The notes below the pieces were generated by a model. That model worked only from the letters and a program-made list of their open reading frames with translations. It was not told where the DNA came from and did no database searches. Shown here in pieces: positions 19,714 through 30,078 of a stretch of 32,000 nt of DNA (the stretch's first letter is position 1; each line of letters begins with the position of its first letter). The position numbers and the translations under genes are program-made. Source of the stretch: Candidatus Saccharimonadota bacterium (lineage in GTDB: Bacteria; Pseudomonadota; Alphaproteobacteria; Rickettsiales; Anaplasmataceae); assembly GCA_029715105.1 (NCBI GenBank), contig CP085695.1:360001-392000 (forward strand). The letters run 5' to 3'.

Positions 19714-20514
19714 GTGAATCTTTATGAGTTTGTTTTTATAGCGCAACAAAGCCTCTTGCAACAAGAAGTAGAGGAAATATTACATGAATTGTGTGCTTTA
19801 TTAAAAAACATAAAGATTGATATCATATTTCAGCAAATTGAAGATTTTACAAAAGAAAGAAAAGATAAGATTGCGGAGCAAGAGTTAAAAGTTCTTGTTA
19901 AAGAAATTCAAGAAAATGTAATTATCTATTCTAATTTTTTGGAAGTAGTTACGAGGATCTTATGGATTGAATTAAAAAAAGATCTTTTAAATTTAAAAGA
20001 AGTAAAGTCAAGGATTGATGATGAGTTAAAGCATATTAACTTAGGAAGTTTAGAAGAAATACAAAGTTTTGTAAACGAATTCTTAAAAGATAGTAAACAA
20101 GTTTCTAAAAGAACATTTATTTACAATATGACAAATCATTTGATGGAAAATATTTCAAAACATTTGATAAAACTTTTTTCTAAAATTTTAAAACATGATG
20201 AAACAAAAATAACTGTGTATTTTGATAACCAATTAAATAGAGAATTAGAAAAAATTTTAGGCAATATTACAGCTTCAGGGTTCATAAAGTATGAATATTG
20301 GGGTCTGTTAGATTTTGCATATCCAATAAATAAGATGAAAAGTGGTCATTATTGTGTAATGTGTATAAGTTCTACTCCCAGTATCATGAACGAGTTTATT
20401 CGTAAAGTAAAGCTTAATGAAAATATAATTCGCTATCTGTCTATTCGAGTCCGAGAATTTTTTGAAGGTGAATCTTGCATGATGAATAGGAATATTGGTG
20501 AACAAAGTGCATAA
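19714..20514 (+). CDS. rpsF: 30S ribosomal protein S6 with a large internal insertion
   Basis: 266 aa, GTG start. Residues 1-34 (MNLYEFVFIAQQSLLQQEVEEILHELCALLKNIK) match the S6 beta1-alpha1 region. Residues about 189-246 (GFIKYEYWGLLDFAYPINKMKSGHYCVMCISS...LNENIIRYLSIRV) match the S6 beta2-to-beta4 region. Sits directly upstream of rpsR-rplI, the conserved operon order. Confidence 0.85.
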   Translation: MNLYEFVFIAQQSLLQQEVEEILHELCALLKNIKIDIIFQQIEDFTKERKDKIAEQELKVLVKEIQENVIIYSNFLEVVTRILWIELKKDLLNLKEVKSRIDDELKHINLGSLEEIQSFVNEFLKDSKQVSKRTFIYNMTNHLMENISKHLIKLFSKILKHDETKITVYFDNQLNRELEKILGNITASGFIKYEYWGLLDFAYPINKMKSGHYCVMCISSTPSIMNEFIRKVKLNENIIRYLSIRVREFFEGESCMMNRNIGEQSA

Positions 20515-20789
20515 TGACGAGAAAACGAGGTAATTTAAATAATTTTCATGTATCTGCAAATAACAGAGCTTATTTAAAGCGTTCTAGAGTTTGTCCTCTT
20601 GCTGAGTTAGAAGATGGAAAAATAAACTTTAAAAATATAGATTTATTATCTAAATATATTTCTGATTATGGTAGAATATTACCTAGAAGATTGACTGGTG
20701 TATGTGCGAAAAAACATAGAAAATTGCGTTCAGAAATTATAAAAGCTCGTTTTCTATCACTTATCCCTTACTGCACCAAAAAAACTTAA
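20514..20789 (+). CDS. rpsR: 30S ribosomal protein S18
   Basis: 91 aa. RRLTGVCAKKHRKLRSEIIKARFLSLIPY. The start overlaps the rpsF stop by 1 nt (TAATG). Confidence 0.93.
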   Translation: MTRKRGNLNNFHVSANNRAYLKRSRVCPLAELEDGKINFKNIDLLSKYISDYGRILPRRLTGVCAKKHRKLRSEIIKARFLSLIPYCTKKT

Positions 20790-20796
20790 ATAATTT

Positions 20797-21267
20797 ATGT
20801 TAGTAATTTTAAAAGAAAACATAAGAACTCTTGGTAAGTTGGGTGGAATCGTAAAAGTAAAACCTGGTTATGCACGAAATTTTCTTTTTCCACAGAAAAA
20901 AGCTATTAAAGCTACTAAAGAAAATATGGCAAAATTAGAAAAACAACGTTTTTCCTTAGAAGAGGAGAATATAAAAAAGTTGAATTTAGCAAAGGAAATA
21001 GCAGCTTCTCTTATTAATAAGTTTATAATACTTATAAAACAAGCCTCTGAAGAAGGTAAGATTTTTGGCTCTATAACAACAAGAGAAATTGCGAAGTTTT
21101 TACTAAAAACTTATGCTTGTAAAATTGATCACCGTAAAATATCTTTTAATGGAATAAAAATAAGAAGTTTGGGTAAATATCGAGTAAATATAGAACTTCA
21201 TAATGAGGTGATTGTACCAATGATAATTTATGTTGTAAGATCAGAGGCAGATGTACATAATCGATAA
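20797..21267 (+). CDS. rplI: 50S ribosomal protein L9
   Basis: 156 aa. N-terminus MLVILKENIRTLGKLGGIVKVKPGYARNFLFPQKKA. Confidence 0.93.
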   Translation: MLVILKENIRTLGKLGGIVKVKPGYARNFLFPQKKAIKATKENMAKLEKQRFSLEEENIKKLNLAKEIAASLINKFIILIKQASEEGKIFGSITTREIAKFLLKTYACKIDHRKISFNGIKIRSLGKYRVNIELHNEVIVPMIIYVVRSEADVHNR

Positions 21268-21350
21268 TTATAAAATTGCAAAATAAAAATAGTATATAAT
21301 AGTAAATTTTAAATCCTAAAGTAGGAGAAGTTAAACATAGTATGGGTTTA

Positions 21351-21367
21351 TCTCTCTTTAGGAGAGG
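21351..21367 (+). terminator. Weak candidate hairpin downstream of rplI
   Basis: tctctc-tttag-gagagg (5 Watson-Crick pairs plus one G-U) about 85 nt after the rplI stop. The T-rich tract starts only about 13 nt later. Confidence 0.2.
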
Positions 21368-21789
21368 GTATATTCTACTTTTAATTTTCAGTGTTGAGGT
21401 AACCGTAGTCTAGCTGATATTTAGTCGTATGATAAATATTCCAAAATAATTTACAATATATAATTTAAGGTATATTCAAGCATAGCTTATAGTATTAATA
21501 AAGTTTTAATAGAAAGTATTTTACTTTAAAAAGTGAATTGGAATTTTATACATCCTTCTATTATTAGATCATTTCTACAATCTGTATCTACAATATAATT
21601 TGAGATATTAATTGATAATATTACACATGGTAACAATTTAAATTTTGTAATAGTATAATAAAGGGTACAAGAGAAATATTATATATACTACGAGGATAAA
21701 TTTTAATTTCAACTTATGCTAATATCTGCTTTACTAATTACGCATAATTTTGTTATAATCTAACCTTTATTATTTTTAAAAATTTTATA

Positions 21790-22791
21790 GTGGTAACTTT
21801 AAGCGTGAGGGAAGCTTTATGTATAGCAATTAGGGAAGAAATGCGTAGTGATCCCAACGTGTTTATAATTGGCGAAGAAGTTGCAGAATACAATGGTGCC
21901 TATAAGGTAACAAAAGGGTTATTAAAAGAATTTGGAGAGAATAGAGTAATTGATACTCCTATTACTGAGCATGGATTTACCGGCCTTGCTATTGGAGCAG
22001 CATTTGCTGGACTTAAACCAATTGTAGAATTTATGACTTTTAATTTTTCTATGCAAGCTATTGATCAAATAGTGAACTCTGCAGCAAAAACAAATTACAT
22101 GTCTGGTGGGCAACTTGGATGTCCTATAGTATTTCGGGGACCAAACGGTGCTGCATCTAGAGTTGCTGCGCAGCATTCTCAGTGCTTTGCATCTTGGTAT
22201 TCGCACATACCAGGATTAAAAGTAATAGCTCCATACTTTGCCTCTGATTGTAGAGGTCTTCTTAAAGCTGCAATTCGAGACCCAAATCCAGTGATATTTT
22301 TAGAAAATGAAATTTCTTACGGACATAAACACGAAGTTTCCGATTCCGAATTATCGGATAAAGACTATCTACTTGAAATAGGTAAAGCTACCGTTATACG
22401 TAAAGGAAATGACGTAACTATAACAGCTTTCTCATTGCAATTAATGGATGCTTTAAATGCAGCAGAATTACTTTCTAAAAATGGTATAGAAGCTGAGGTT
22501 ATTGATTTAAAATCATTAAGACCACTTGATATTGAAACTATTATTAATTCTATTAAAAAAACTAATAGGTTAGTTAGTGTAGAAGGAGGGTGGCCATTTG
22601 CTGGGATAGGTGCGGAACTTTCAGCTGCAGTTATGGAGCAAGGGTTTGATTATCTTGATGCTCCGGTCGCGCGCGTAACAAGTAAAGATGTTCCTATACC
22701 ATATGCTGCAAATTTAGAAAAAGAGGCATTACCGCAAATAGAAGATATAGTTAGAGCTGTCAATTTAGTTTGTTTTAGAAAAATTTCTTAG
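21790..22791 (+). CDS. pdhB: Pyruvate dehydrogenase E1 component, beta subunit
   Basis: 333 aa. [17 protein letters not shown]...[10 protein letters not shown] pyrimidine-binding domain plus the C-terminal transketolase-like domain. GTG start. Confidence 0.93.
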   Translation: MVTLSVREALCIAIREEMRSDPNVFIIGEEVAEYNGAYKVTKGLLKEFGENRVIDTPITEHGFTGLAIGAAFAGLKPIVEFMTFNFSMQAIDQIVNSAAKTNYMSGGQLGCPIVFRGPNGAASRVAAQHSQCFASWYSHIPGLKVIAPYFASDCRGLLKAAIRDPNPVIFLENEISYGHKHEVSDSELSDKDYLLEIGKATVIRKGNDVTITAFSLQLMDALNAAELLSKNGIEAEVIDLKSLRPLDIETIINSIKKTNRLVSVEGGWPFAGIGAELSAAVMEQGFDYLDAPVARVTSKDVPIPYAANLEKEALPQIEDIVRAVNLVCFRKIS

Positions 22792-24182
22792 CTACCTAGA
22801 AGAAAAAGCGTGGCTAGGCCCAGAAATATAAAAGCAGAAAAAATATCTGTTGTTGCTGATGTAAGGATTGAAGAAGAAACTGCAGGATCAGACTTTAAGC
22901 GATGCAATACTATAGGAATAAAAGTTCCAATAAATGTTGCAATAATCGACATCATGATCATAGAAACTACAAAAATAATTTCTACTTTAAAACTATGAAA
23001 TCTTATAATTAATACTATTAGTGAAATAATGGATAGAATTATCCCATTTATAAGACCTATTAAAAATTCTTTTATTAATATTCTGTTTACATTTTGATCG
23101 GTCAAATATTTTGTTGCAATTGCTCTAATTGTGAGTGTTACTGTTTGAGATCCTGCATTTCCACTCATTGACGTGATTATTGGCATGACTATCGGTAACA
23201 CTATAAAGCTCTCTATTACATTATCAAATAAACCAACTACTATAGAACAAATTGTTGCAGCTAAAAGATTAAATAATAACCAAGGTAATCTTTGAATTAT
23301 AGTTTTATGTATAGGAGCGTTTATATCAGCCTTAGATGATACACCACTTATTTTTAAAACATCTTCTTCCGTCTCTTGTTGAACAACTTTTATTACATCT
23401 TCAATTAGGATAACACCAATAATTTTACCACGTTTATTTACTACTGGAGCTGACAATAAAGAGTAATCTTTGAATATTCTAGCAACTTCTTCTTGATCAA
23501 CTCCAGTCTTAATAATTTTTATTTCTTGACTCATTATTTCTTTTATTATTGTTTCTCCTGGACTAAATATTACTTCATTTAAACTAATACTACCTATAGG
23601 TTCTAATTTTGAGTTAATAACAAAAATCTGATGAAATACCTTTGGTATTTTTCTATAGTTACGCAAAAATTCTATTAATTGATTTATCGTCCAATAATAT
23701 GGAGCTATAACCATGTTTTTGTGTATTAGTCTTCCTGCACTTTCTTCTGGATATGATAATAATTCTTCTATTAACTTCTGAGTTGTATTTGGTAAATAGC
23801 GAAGTATACTCTCTATAGATTTTTTATCTAAGTCTTTTACTATTGTTGCTGTATCTTCTATTTTAAGCGAAGTAAGTAATTTTGCAGTGTCTTCTATTCC
23901 TAACATTTCTATAATTTCCATCTGTAAGCCTGGTATTACATGTATTAAAGCATCACTTAACAGATTTTTATCTAGAATATTGACTAATTTTTCTCTATGA
24001 TCACTAATTGAAGTAGATAAAAAATAAGCCAATTGAACGCTATCTATGGTTTCTACAATATTACGAACATTCTCTATCTCTTCCTTATCAAGAGATTCAA
24101 TTAGATCGTCAATAATTTTGTTATTTAAGCCATAATGAGAATTTATTTCAATATTCATATCTTCACCTTTTTTAAAATACAT
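22788..24182 (-). CDS. mgtE: Magnesium transporter MgtE
   Basis: 464 aa. MgtE N-domain, CBS pair, and C-terminal 5-TM channel with MSGNAGSQT. Its stop codon overlaps the pdhB stop codon (4-nt convergent overlap). Confidence 0.92.
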   Translation of the reverse strand: MYFKKGEDMNIEINSHYGLNNKIIDDLIESLDKEEIENVRNIVETIDSVQLAYFLSTSISDHREKLVNILDKNLLSDALIHVIPGLQMEIIEMLGIEDTAKLLTSLKIEDTATIVKDLDKKSIESILRYLPNTTQKLIEELLSYPEESAGRLIHKNMVIAPYYWTINQLIEFLRNYRKIPKVFHQIFVINSKLEPIGSISLNEVIFSPGETIIKEIMSQEIKIIKTGVDQEEVARIFKDYSLLSAPVVNKRGKIIGVILIEDVIKVVQQETEEDVLKISGVSSKADINAPIHKTIIQRLPWLLFNLLAATICSIVVGLFDNVIESFIVLPIVMPIITSMSGNAGSQTVTLTIRAIATKYLTDQNVNRILIKEFLIGLINGIILSIISLIVLIIRFHSFKVEIIFVVSMIMMSIIATFIGTFIPIVLHRLKSDPAVSSSILTSATTDIFSAFIFLGLATLFLLGS

Positions 24183-24309
24183 ATAATTTGACTTTCTCTA
24201 AACGTTAGAGTACAATAAGAACGTTTTAAGTTAACTACTATATGGTTAAATTTCTATTTTGTGTACTGTTATTACTATTGATAATAAATATATTAAAATC
24301 TAGGGCATA

Positions 24310-25416
24310 GTGAGAGCTTATTTAGAGGTTTTTGAACGTTTTCAAAATTTGAATAAAAATATCTCTCTTGTTAAAAAAGTTTTTAACATACAAAAATTAA
24401 AGTTTCGTCTTGCGGAATTGGAATCACAAGCTGCGAGCGACGTCATATGGCAAGATAAGCAAAAAGCGCAAGAAATCCTAAAAGAGCGTTCTAAACTTAA
24501 AGGTGACATAGAACTCTTTTTGAGATTAGAAAATGATTATAATGATGCTATTCATTTGATGAAATTAGCTATCGATGAGAATGATGAAAAATTTTTTTAT
24601 GAAATAAAGAATGAATTATTAAAATTAGAGAAATTAGTCAAACGTAAAGAAGAAGAATTCTTATTTACTGATGAAGCTGATAATAATAATTGCTTTTTAG
24701 AGATTCATTCAGGAGCCGGAGGGACGGAAAGTAATGATTGGGCTGAGATACTTATGCGTATGTATATGAGATGGGCAGAAATTTATCATAACTTTAAAAT
24801 TGAAATTGTAGAAAAATTAAATGGAGAATCAGTCGGGATAAAATCTGTAACCATAAAAATTTTTGGAAAGAAAGCATATGGATGGGCAAAAAGCGAAAAC
24901 GGCATCCATAGATTAGTTAGAATATCACCATTTGATGAAAATAATAAACGCCATACTACTTTTGCAAGTGTGGTTGTGATACCCGTAGTAAAAAATTCAA
25001 TTAACATTATTATAAATGAAAAAGATTTAAAAATCAGTACTTATCGCGCTTCAGGTGCAGGTGGTCAGCATGTAAATAAAACTGAAAGTGCAGTGAGTAT
25101 CACGCATATTCCAACAAATATAACGGTTCGTTGTCAAAATAGTCGCTCTCAGCACCAAAATAGACATGAAGCATTAGAATTGCTTAAGGGGCGTTTATAT
25201 CAAATTGAATTAGAAAAAAAAGAAAAAAAAATGGCTGAAGAGTACGGAAAAAAATGTAATATGAGTTGGGGTAATCAAATTAGATCGTATGTTGTGCATC
25301 CGTATCAAATGGTAAAAGATTTAAGAACAGGATATGAAGTAAATAACGTAACTTCTGTTTTTGATGGTAACATAGATTGCTTTATAATCAGCGTTTTAAT
25401 TAATAATAAAAATTAA
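24310..25416 (+). CDS. prfB: Peptide chain release factor 2, encoded in a single uninterrupted frame
   Basis: 368 aa. SPF tripeptide (RISPFD) and GGQ (SGAGGQHVNKTESAV). GTG start immediately after an in-frame TAG. Residues R10, Q12 and L14 align position-for-position with E. coli RF2. Confidence 0.93.
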   Translation: MRAYLEVFERFQNLNKNISLVKKVFNIQKLKFRLAELESQAASDVIWQDKQKAQEILKERSKLKGDIELFLRLENDYNDAIHLMKLAIDENDEKFFYEIKNELLKLEKLVKRKEEEFLFTDEADNNNCFLEIHSGAGGTESNDWAEILMRMYMRWAEIYHNFKIEIVEKLNGESVGIKSVTIKIFGKKAYGWAKSENGIHRLVRISPFDENNKRHTTFASVVVIPVVKNSINIIINEKDLKISTYRASGAGGQHVNKTESAVSITHIPTNITVRCQNSRSQHQNRHEALELLKGRLYQIELEKKEKKMAEEYGKKCNMSWGNQIRSYVVHPYQMVKDLRTGYEVNNVTSVFDGNIDCFIISVLINNKN

Positions 25417-25457
25417 GTATAAATTAATTTTATAGCATACAGTTAGGAACTATAAAT

Positions 25458-25478
25458 GTGTAATTACACTTTATTTTT
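25458..25478 (+). terminator. Candidate intrinsic terminator of prfB
   Basis: Perfect 12-nt palindrome gtgtaattacac (25458-25469) followed immediately by tttattttt, about 40 nt after the prfB stop. The stem is short and weak. Confidence 0.3.
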
Positions 25479-26203
25479 AAAAAAGTAAATTCTTATTTGA
25501 ACTTATAGATTCTAAAGAATGTTTTATTTTAAAACTAATAAACATATTCATTAAGAAACAATAAATTATTATAATATATTTTAACTTATTCAAAGAATAA
25601 TGTTTAAAACAAAATTGTTTTGTCTTTGTACAAATTTATTTTGTGCTTTCAATTTTTTTTGAAATATTTTATTTTAAAATTTTAACTATTAAAGAATTGC
25701 GCGCGTATTTACCTAATTGGTATTCATAAGTAAAACCATTAACCCATATTGACCATTTAATGCACATTTAGTTAAATTTACTTAAAAGTATTTATAAAAT
25801 TTAGGAAAAACTCAACTTAAAAATTAAAAGATACCTGTAATTTAATTACAAATTTTAGTTTCACATTGTTCGAATACAAATTCGGGGTTTGGCATAAAAT
25901 CAAAAGATTTTAAAGTTTTCTTTTTATTAATATGATTATATTATTAATTGAGATCAGCTATCAAATAATAAATATGTATAATAAAGTTTTTATGATTCTG
26001 CTAACATATTATATAATGCAAAAAGGTCAATATTGAAATTTTTTTCTAATGTAAAAACTTGAAATTATATAAATGACATTGTCATATCCTTTTAAGGGAG
26101 TTCAAAGAAAAATATATAAAATTATAAAATTTTATAGATGAGAATTAATTTAAATTTCTCTACTATATCTTAAACTAGAATACAATTAGTAATGGTTTTT
26201 GTT

Positions 26204-26992
26204 ATGTTAAAAATCGCTACTTGGAATGTTAACTCTATACGTAAAAGAATTGAACAAGTTTGTAGTTTTATAATTAATAACCAAATAGATATAATTCTAC
26301 TGCAAGAAATAAGATGTACAGAAGAACAGTTTCCTTATGCAGAAATAAAAAAGTTGAAATATGAATGTGCTGTTTACGGACAAATTGCAAGAAATGGTGT
26401 TTGTATTTTATCTAGATATCAAATATTTAAAACATCAAAAATTAATTTTGTAGAAGAATATCGAGACTCTCGCTACATAGAGTGCAAAGTAAAATTTAAT
26501 AATCAAGAGATAATAGTGGGAAGTATATATATTCCAAACGGTCATAATCCAGATTCCAGTGCATTTGAATATAAACTTAAATTTTTTGATAATCTATATA
26601 AAAGAATGGCATTTTTATTAAAAAAAAATAAAACTGTTATTATAGCTGGTGATTATAATGTTGCACCAAATGAAATTGACGTCTTTGATCCAATTTTGTT
26701 AAATGGTCAAATATGTTTTCATATAAAAGAACGCAAAAAACTAAATGCAATTCTGGATCTTGGATTTAAAGATGCGTTTAGAATATCTAATTCGGATTTA
26801 CAACAATTTACTTGGTGGAATTATCAGGGCAATTCGTTGAAAATGAATCGGGGAATGCGAATAGATCACATATTGATATCACCACAAATTGTTAATATGT
26901 TAAAAACATGCTATATAGATAGTGGACCCCGTAAGTCAAAAAACCCGTCTGATCATGCACCAGTTGTATGTGTTATAAATCAAAATTTATAA
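26204..26992 (+). CDS. xth: Exodeoxyribonuclease III (AP endonuclease)
   Basis: MLKIATWNVNSIRKR, LLQEIR, GDYNVAP and SDHAPV motifs. The ATG at 26204 matches the usual Xth N-terminus. An in-frame ATG at 26192 would add 4 residues. Confidence 0.9.
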   Translation: MLKIATWNVNSIRKRIEQVCSFIINNQIDIILLQEIRCTEEQFPYAEIKKLKYECAVYGQIARNGVCILSRYQIFKTSKINFVEEYRDSRYIECKVKFNNQEIIVGSIYIPNGHNPDSSAFEYKLKFFDNLYKRMAFLLKKNKTVIIAGDYNVAPNEIDVFDPILLNGQICFHIKERKKLNAILDLGFKDAFRISNSDLQQFTWWNYQGNSLKMNRGMRIDHILISPQIVNMLKTCYIDSGPRKSKNPSDHAPVVCVINQNL

Positions 26993-27274
26993 AAATTTTA
27001 TGATAATATGAAGATATTGGAAGCTAAAATATTTGTACTCAAAATAAACTTTTATCTCACATTGAATTTGCAAAAAGGTCTTAAGAATCAAATTTTATGG
27101 ACATAAAGTATGCTAGAGGTATTTCTCTAATTCTACTCAGTCAAAAATTTCAATAAAAACATTACCACATTTATCGTCAATTAATAAAATAATGTCTCTA
27201 TGTAACTTTTATATATAAAACAAAATGTAAAAGTTTGCAACAATAAGTAAATTGTATTATTTTAACACAATATT

Positions 27275-27283
27275 TGTTATAAT
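27275..27283 (+). promoter_or_regulatory. Candidate extended -10 promoter element for yidC
   Basis: TGtTATAAT (perfect TGnTATAAT) about 32 nt upstream of the yidC ATG. No good -35 element. TATAAT alone is frequent by chance in this composition. Confidence 0.3.
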
Positions 27284-27314
27284 ACTTTAATGAAATGAAT
27301 TGGCTTGAATTCCT

Positions 27315-29027
27315 ATGTCAGAAGCAAAAAATTTGATTTTAGCAGTTTTCATTTCCATGTTAATCATATTATCTTGGCGTATTATTTATGATAACTATTT
27401 TGACATAAATCAAAAGAATTATACAATTGAAGATATTGAACATATAAAGTCTTTTAATGATTTTATTCCAATAGTACATCAAAACCGCTCTGAAATTATT
27501 AATTCTACTAGAAAGCAAAGAATTAATTTAATGAATAATATGGTTAAGGGATCAGTTTTTTTAAAAGGTGCAAGATTTGACGATCTTATTTTGACTAATT
27601 ATTACTTAAAACCAAATTCTTCTTCCCCGCAAGTTGTGTTGCTTTCACCTATAGAATCGGAAGATGTGTATTTTGTAGAATTTGGATGGTTGGATCCGAG
27701 TGGAAAAATTAGAATTCCAAATTCTAAAACAATATGGGAAACAAATGAAATTGAGCTTACTAATCATAAAATGATAAATTTATTTTGGAATAATGAACGT
27801 GGAATTCTATTTAAAATAAAAATCAGTCTTGATAATAATTATATGTTCAAAGTCGAACAAATTGTTGAAAACAATACAAATGATGATATATCCTTAATTC
27901 CTTATGGAAAAATTAATCGCAAACGTGATAATATAAATGAGTCTTATTGGATATCTCATGAAGGGGTAATAGGTGTATTTAATAATGAATTAAAGGAATG
28001 GAAATATAAAGATGTAGCTAAAAAACAATCAATAAAAATAGATACAAGCGAAAAAAGTTGGTTTGGTTTTGCTGATAAATACTGGCTTACCGCTATTATA
28101 CCTGAAAGATCTGATAAAATCAATGTAAGTGTTAAGCATACTAATATTAGCAATATTGATAAGTTTCAGGTAGACTTTATCTCTTCTTATAAGAGAATAC
28201 CTTCCGGTACTAGCATTTCTAGCATAAATTATCTTTTTACTGGAGCAAAAAAGTTAAATTTACTAGATTACTATAAAAGTACTTTAAATATACCATTATT
28301 TGACAAAGCTGTAGATTTTGGTATTCTCTATTTCATAACTAAACCAGTATTTTTACTTCTTGAGTATTTTGATATTATTTTAAAAAATTTTGGTTTAGCA
28401 ATATTGTTATTAACTTTAGTAATTAAACTTTTAATGCTCCCTTTATCTAACAGGTCATATGTTTCGATGTTTAAAATAAAAAATTTACAACCTGAAGTTA
28501 TGCGTATAAAAAAATTATATAAAGATGATAGTTTAAAACAACACGAAAAAATAATTGCGTTATACAAAAAAAATAATATAAATCCAGTTGCCGGTATTCT
28601 TCCTATGATAATACAAATACCTATATTTTTCGCTTTATATAAAGTGTTATTTGTTACTATAGAAATGAGATATGCCCCCTTTTATCTATGGATAAAAGAT
28701 CTTTCAGCTCCTGATCCAACGAACATCTTCACTTTATTTGGATTATTTAATTACAAGTTTCCTATTTCTATAGGTGTTTTACCTATAATTTTAGGCATTA
28801 CTATGATAATCCAACAAAAAATGAACGAGAAAGATCAAATTAATAAAGATGATGATATTCAGGCAAACATTATGAAATTTTTACCTTATATTTCTATTTT
28901 TGTTTTTTCTTCTTTTTCTGCTGGTTTGATAATATATTGGATATTTAGTAATATTATAACATTAATTCAACAATCATTGATAAAATTATTTATAATAAAA
29001 AGAGAAAATAAATGCCAAAAATATTAA
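27315..29027 (+). CDS. yidC: Membrane protein insertase YidC
   Basis: 570 aa. N-terminal TM segment, large periplasmic domain, and C-terminal 5-TM insertase core ([19 protein letters not shown]..., [13 protein letters not shown]). Confidence 0.93.
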   Translation: MSEAKNLILAVFISMLIILSWRIIYDNYFDINQKNYTIEDIEHIKSFNDFIPIVHQNRSEIINSTRKQRINLMNNMVKGSVFLKGARFDDLILTNYYLKPNSSSPQVVLLSPIESEDVYFVEFGWLDPSGKIRIPNSKTIWETNEIELTNHKMINLFWNNERGILFKIKISLDNNYMFKVEQIVENNTNDDISLIPYGKINRKRDNINESYWISHEGVIGVFNNELKEWKYKDVAKKQSIKIDTSEKSWFGFADKYWLTAIIPERSDKINVSVKHTNISNIDKFQVDFISSYKRIPSGTSISSINYLFTGAKKLNLLDYYKSTLNIPLFDKAVDFGILYFITKPVFLLLEYFDIILKNFGLAILLLTLVIKLLMLPLSNRSYVSMFKIKNLQPEVMRIKKLYKDDSLKQHEKIIALYKKNNINPVAGILPMIIQIPIFFALYKVLFVTIEMRYAPFYLWIKDLSAPDPTNIFTLFGLFNYKFPISIGVLPIILGITMIIQQKMNEKDQINKDDDIQANIMKFLPYISIFVFSSFSAGLIIYWIFSNIITLIQQSLIKLFIIKRENKCQKY

Positions 29028-29449
29028 TAGTTAATTCGATTTATTATTCCGAAATAGCAAATCTTTTACTTGATGGTGCAATTAACAAATTGAAACCATT
29101 TAGTGTAGATTTTGACGTAATTGAAGTTCCTGGTGCATTTGAAATACCAGCTGCAATTCTCTTTGCAATTAAAAATAAATCTGTCAATTATGATGGTTAT
29201 TTAACTCTTGGTTGTATAATTCGTGGTGAAACTGATCATTATCAATATGTTTGTAAGGGAGTAATTGAAGGTTTAAATAAAATTATTACACGTTATATAG
29301 TACCTGTTGGCATGGGCATTATTACTACTAACAGCAAAAGTAAAGCTTTAATAAGAGCTGATAAAAATAAAAGAAATGTTGGTGGTCATGCAGCTTCAGT
29401 TGTTTTACATATGATAAATTTATACAAAAACTTTGATAGAAATGAATAA
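29012..29449 (+). CDS. ribH: 6,7-dimethyl-8-ribityllumazine synthase
   Basis: 145 aa. VPGAFEIP and [12 protein letters not shown] motifs. Overlaps the yidC 3' end by 16 nt. Confidence 0.92.
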   Translation: MPKILIVNSIYYSEIANLLLDGAINKLKPFSVDFDVIEVPGAFEIPAAILFAIKNKSVNYDGYLTLGCIIRGETDHYQYVCKGVIEGLNKIITRYIVPVGMGIITTNSKSKALIRADKNKRNVGGHAASVVLHMINLYKNFDRNE

Positions 29450-29933
29450 TTCTACTAATAAGGTATGGTACGTAAAAAGAAGCATAGCAAGATTTCTCAC
29501 TGTGCAATTTGCTTATTCAAATATTTTTATAAGTTACGATAGAAGCATTTTTGAACTAAAGAATCATGAGTTATTTAAAAGTTATGTTACTGAATTAGCA
29601 GATATATTTGAATACAAAGAATTTGATTATCTTTTCTTGGAAGAATTATTATGTAAAGTTATAAAAAAGAGCGAGAATTATGACAAAATAATAGAGCGTT
29701 ATTTACATCCAAATTGGTCTATTTCGCGATTGAATCTTCTAAGTTTATCAATTTTTCGTGTTGCAATATGTGAATTAGATAATTATGATACACCAGTTCC
29801 AGTTGTTATTAGCGAGTATACTAATATTGCATCCGATTTACTTAACAAATCTAGTGAGATTGGTTTTATTAACGGACTATTAGATAAAGCAAAAGATGCG
29901 GTTGAATTAAGTAATAAAAATAAAAGTACTTGA
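29442..29933 (+). CDS. nusB: Transcription antitermination factor NusB
   Basis: [10 protein letters not shown] and [19 protein letters not shown] NusB-like helices, in the conserved ribH-nusB order. The ATG at 29442 is preferred (ATGAATAA overlap with the ribH stop). An in-frame TTG at 29433 is the alternative. Confidence 0.85.
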   Translation: MNNSTNKVWYVKRSIARFLTVQFAYSNIFISYDRSIFELKNHELFKSYVTELADIFEYKEFDYLFLEELLCKVIKKSENYDKIIERYLHPNWSISRLNLLSLSIFRVAICELDNYDTPVPVVISEYTNIASDLLNKSSEIGFINGLLDKAKDAVELSNKNKST

Positions 29934-30078
29934 TAGTTGTTCTATTTGGTGTCTATGTTATATAACTAAACTATAACTCTTATTGAAGGAAAAGTAAAAA
30001 CAATGAAAGGATTAGCACAGAGAGGTGTTTTCGTATTTATTCAAATTAGTATAATTAGTGGAATTTATTTAAAATAAT

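Noticed and set aside
18324-25704. GCGCGC hexamers at about 18326 (dnaE), 22669 (pdhB) and 25699 (spacer) as a possible shared motif.
   Set aside because: Two of the three lie in conserved coding sequence, encoding Ala-Arg. Three occurrences in 32 kb is not compelling, and the flanks share no context.
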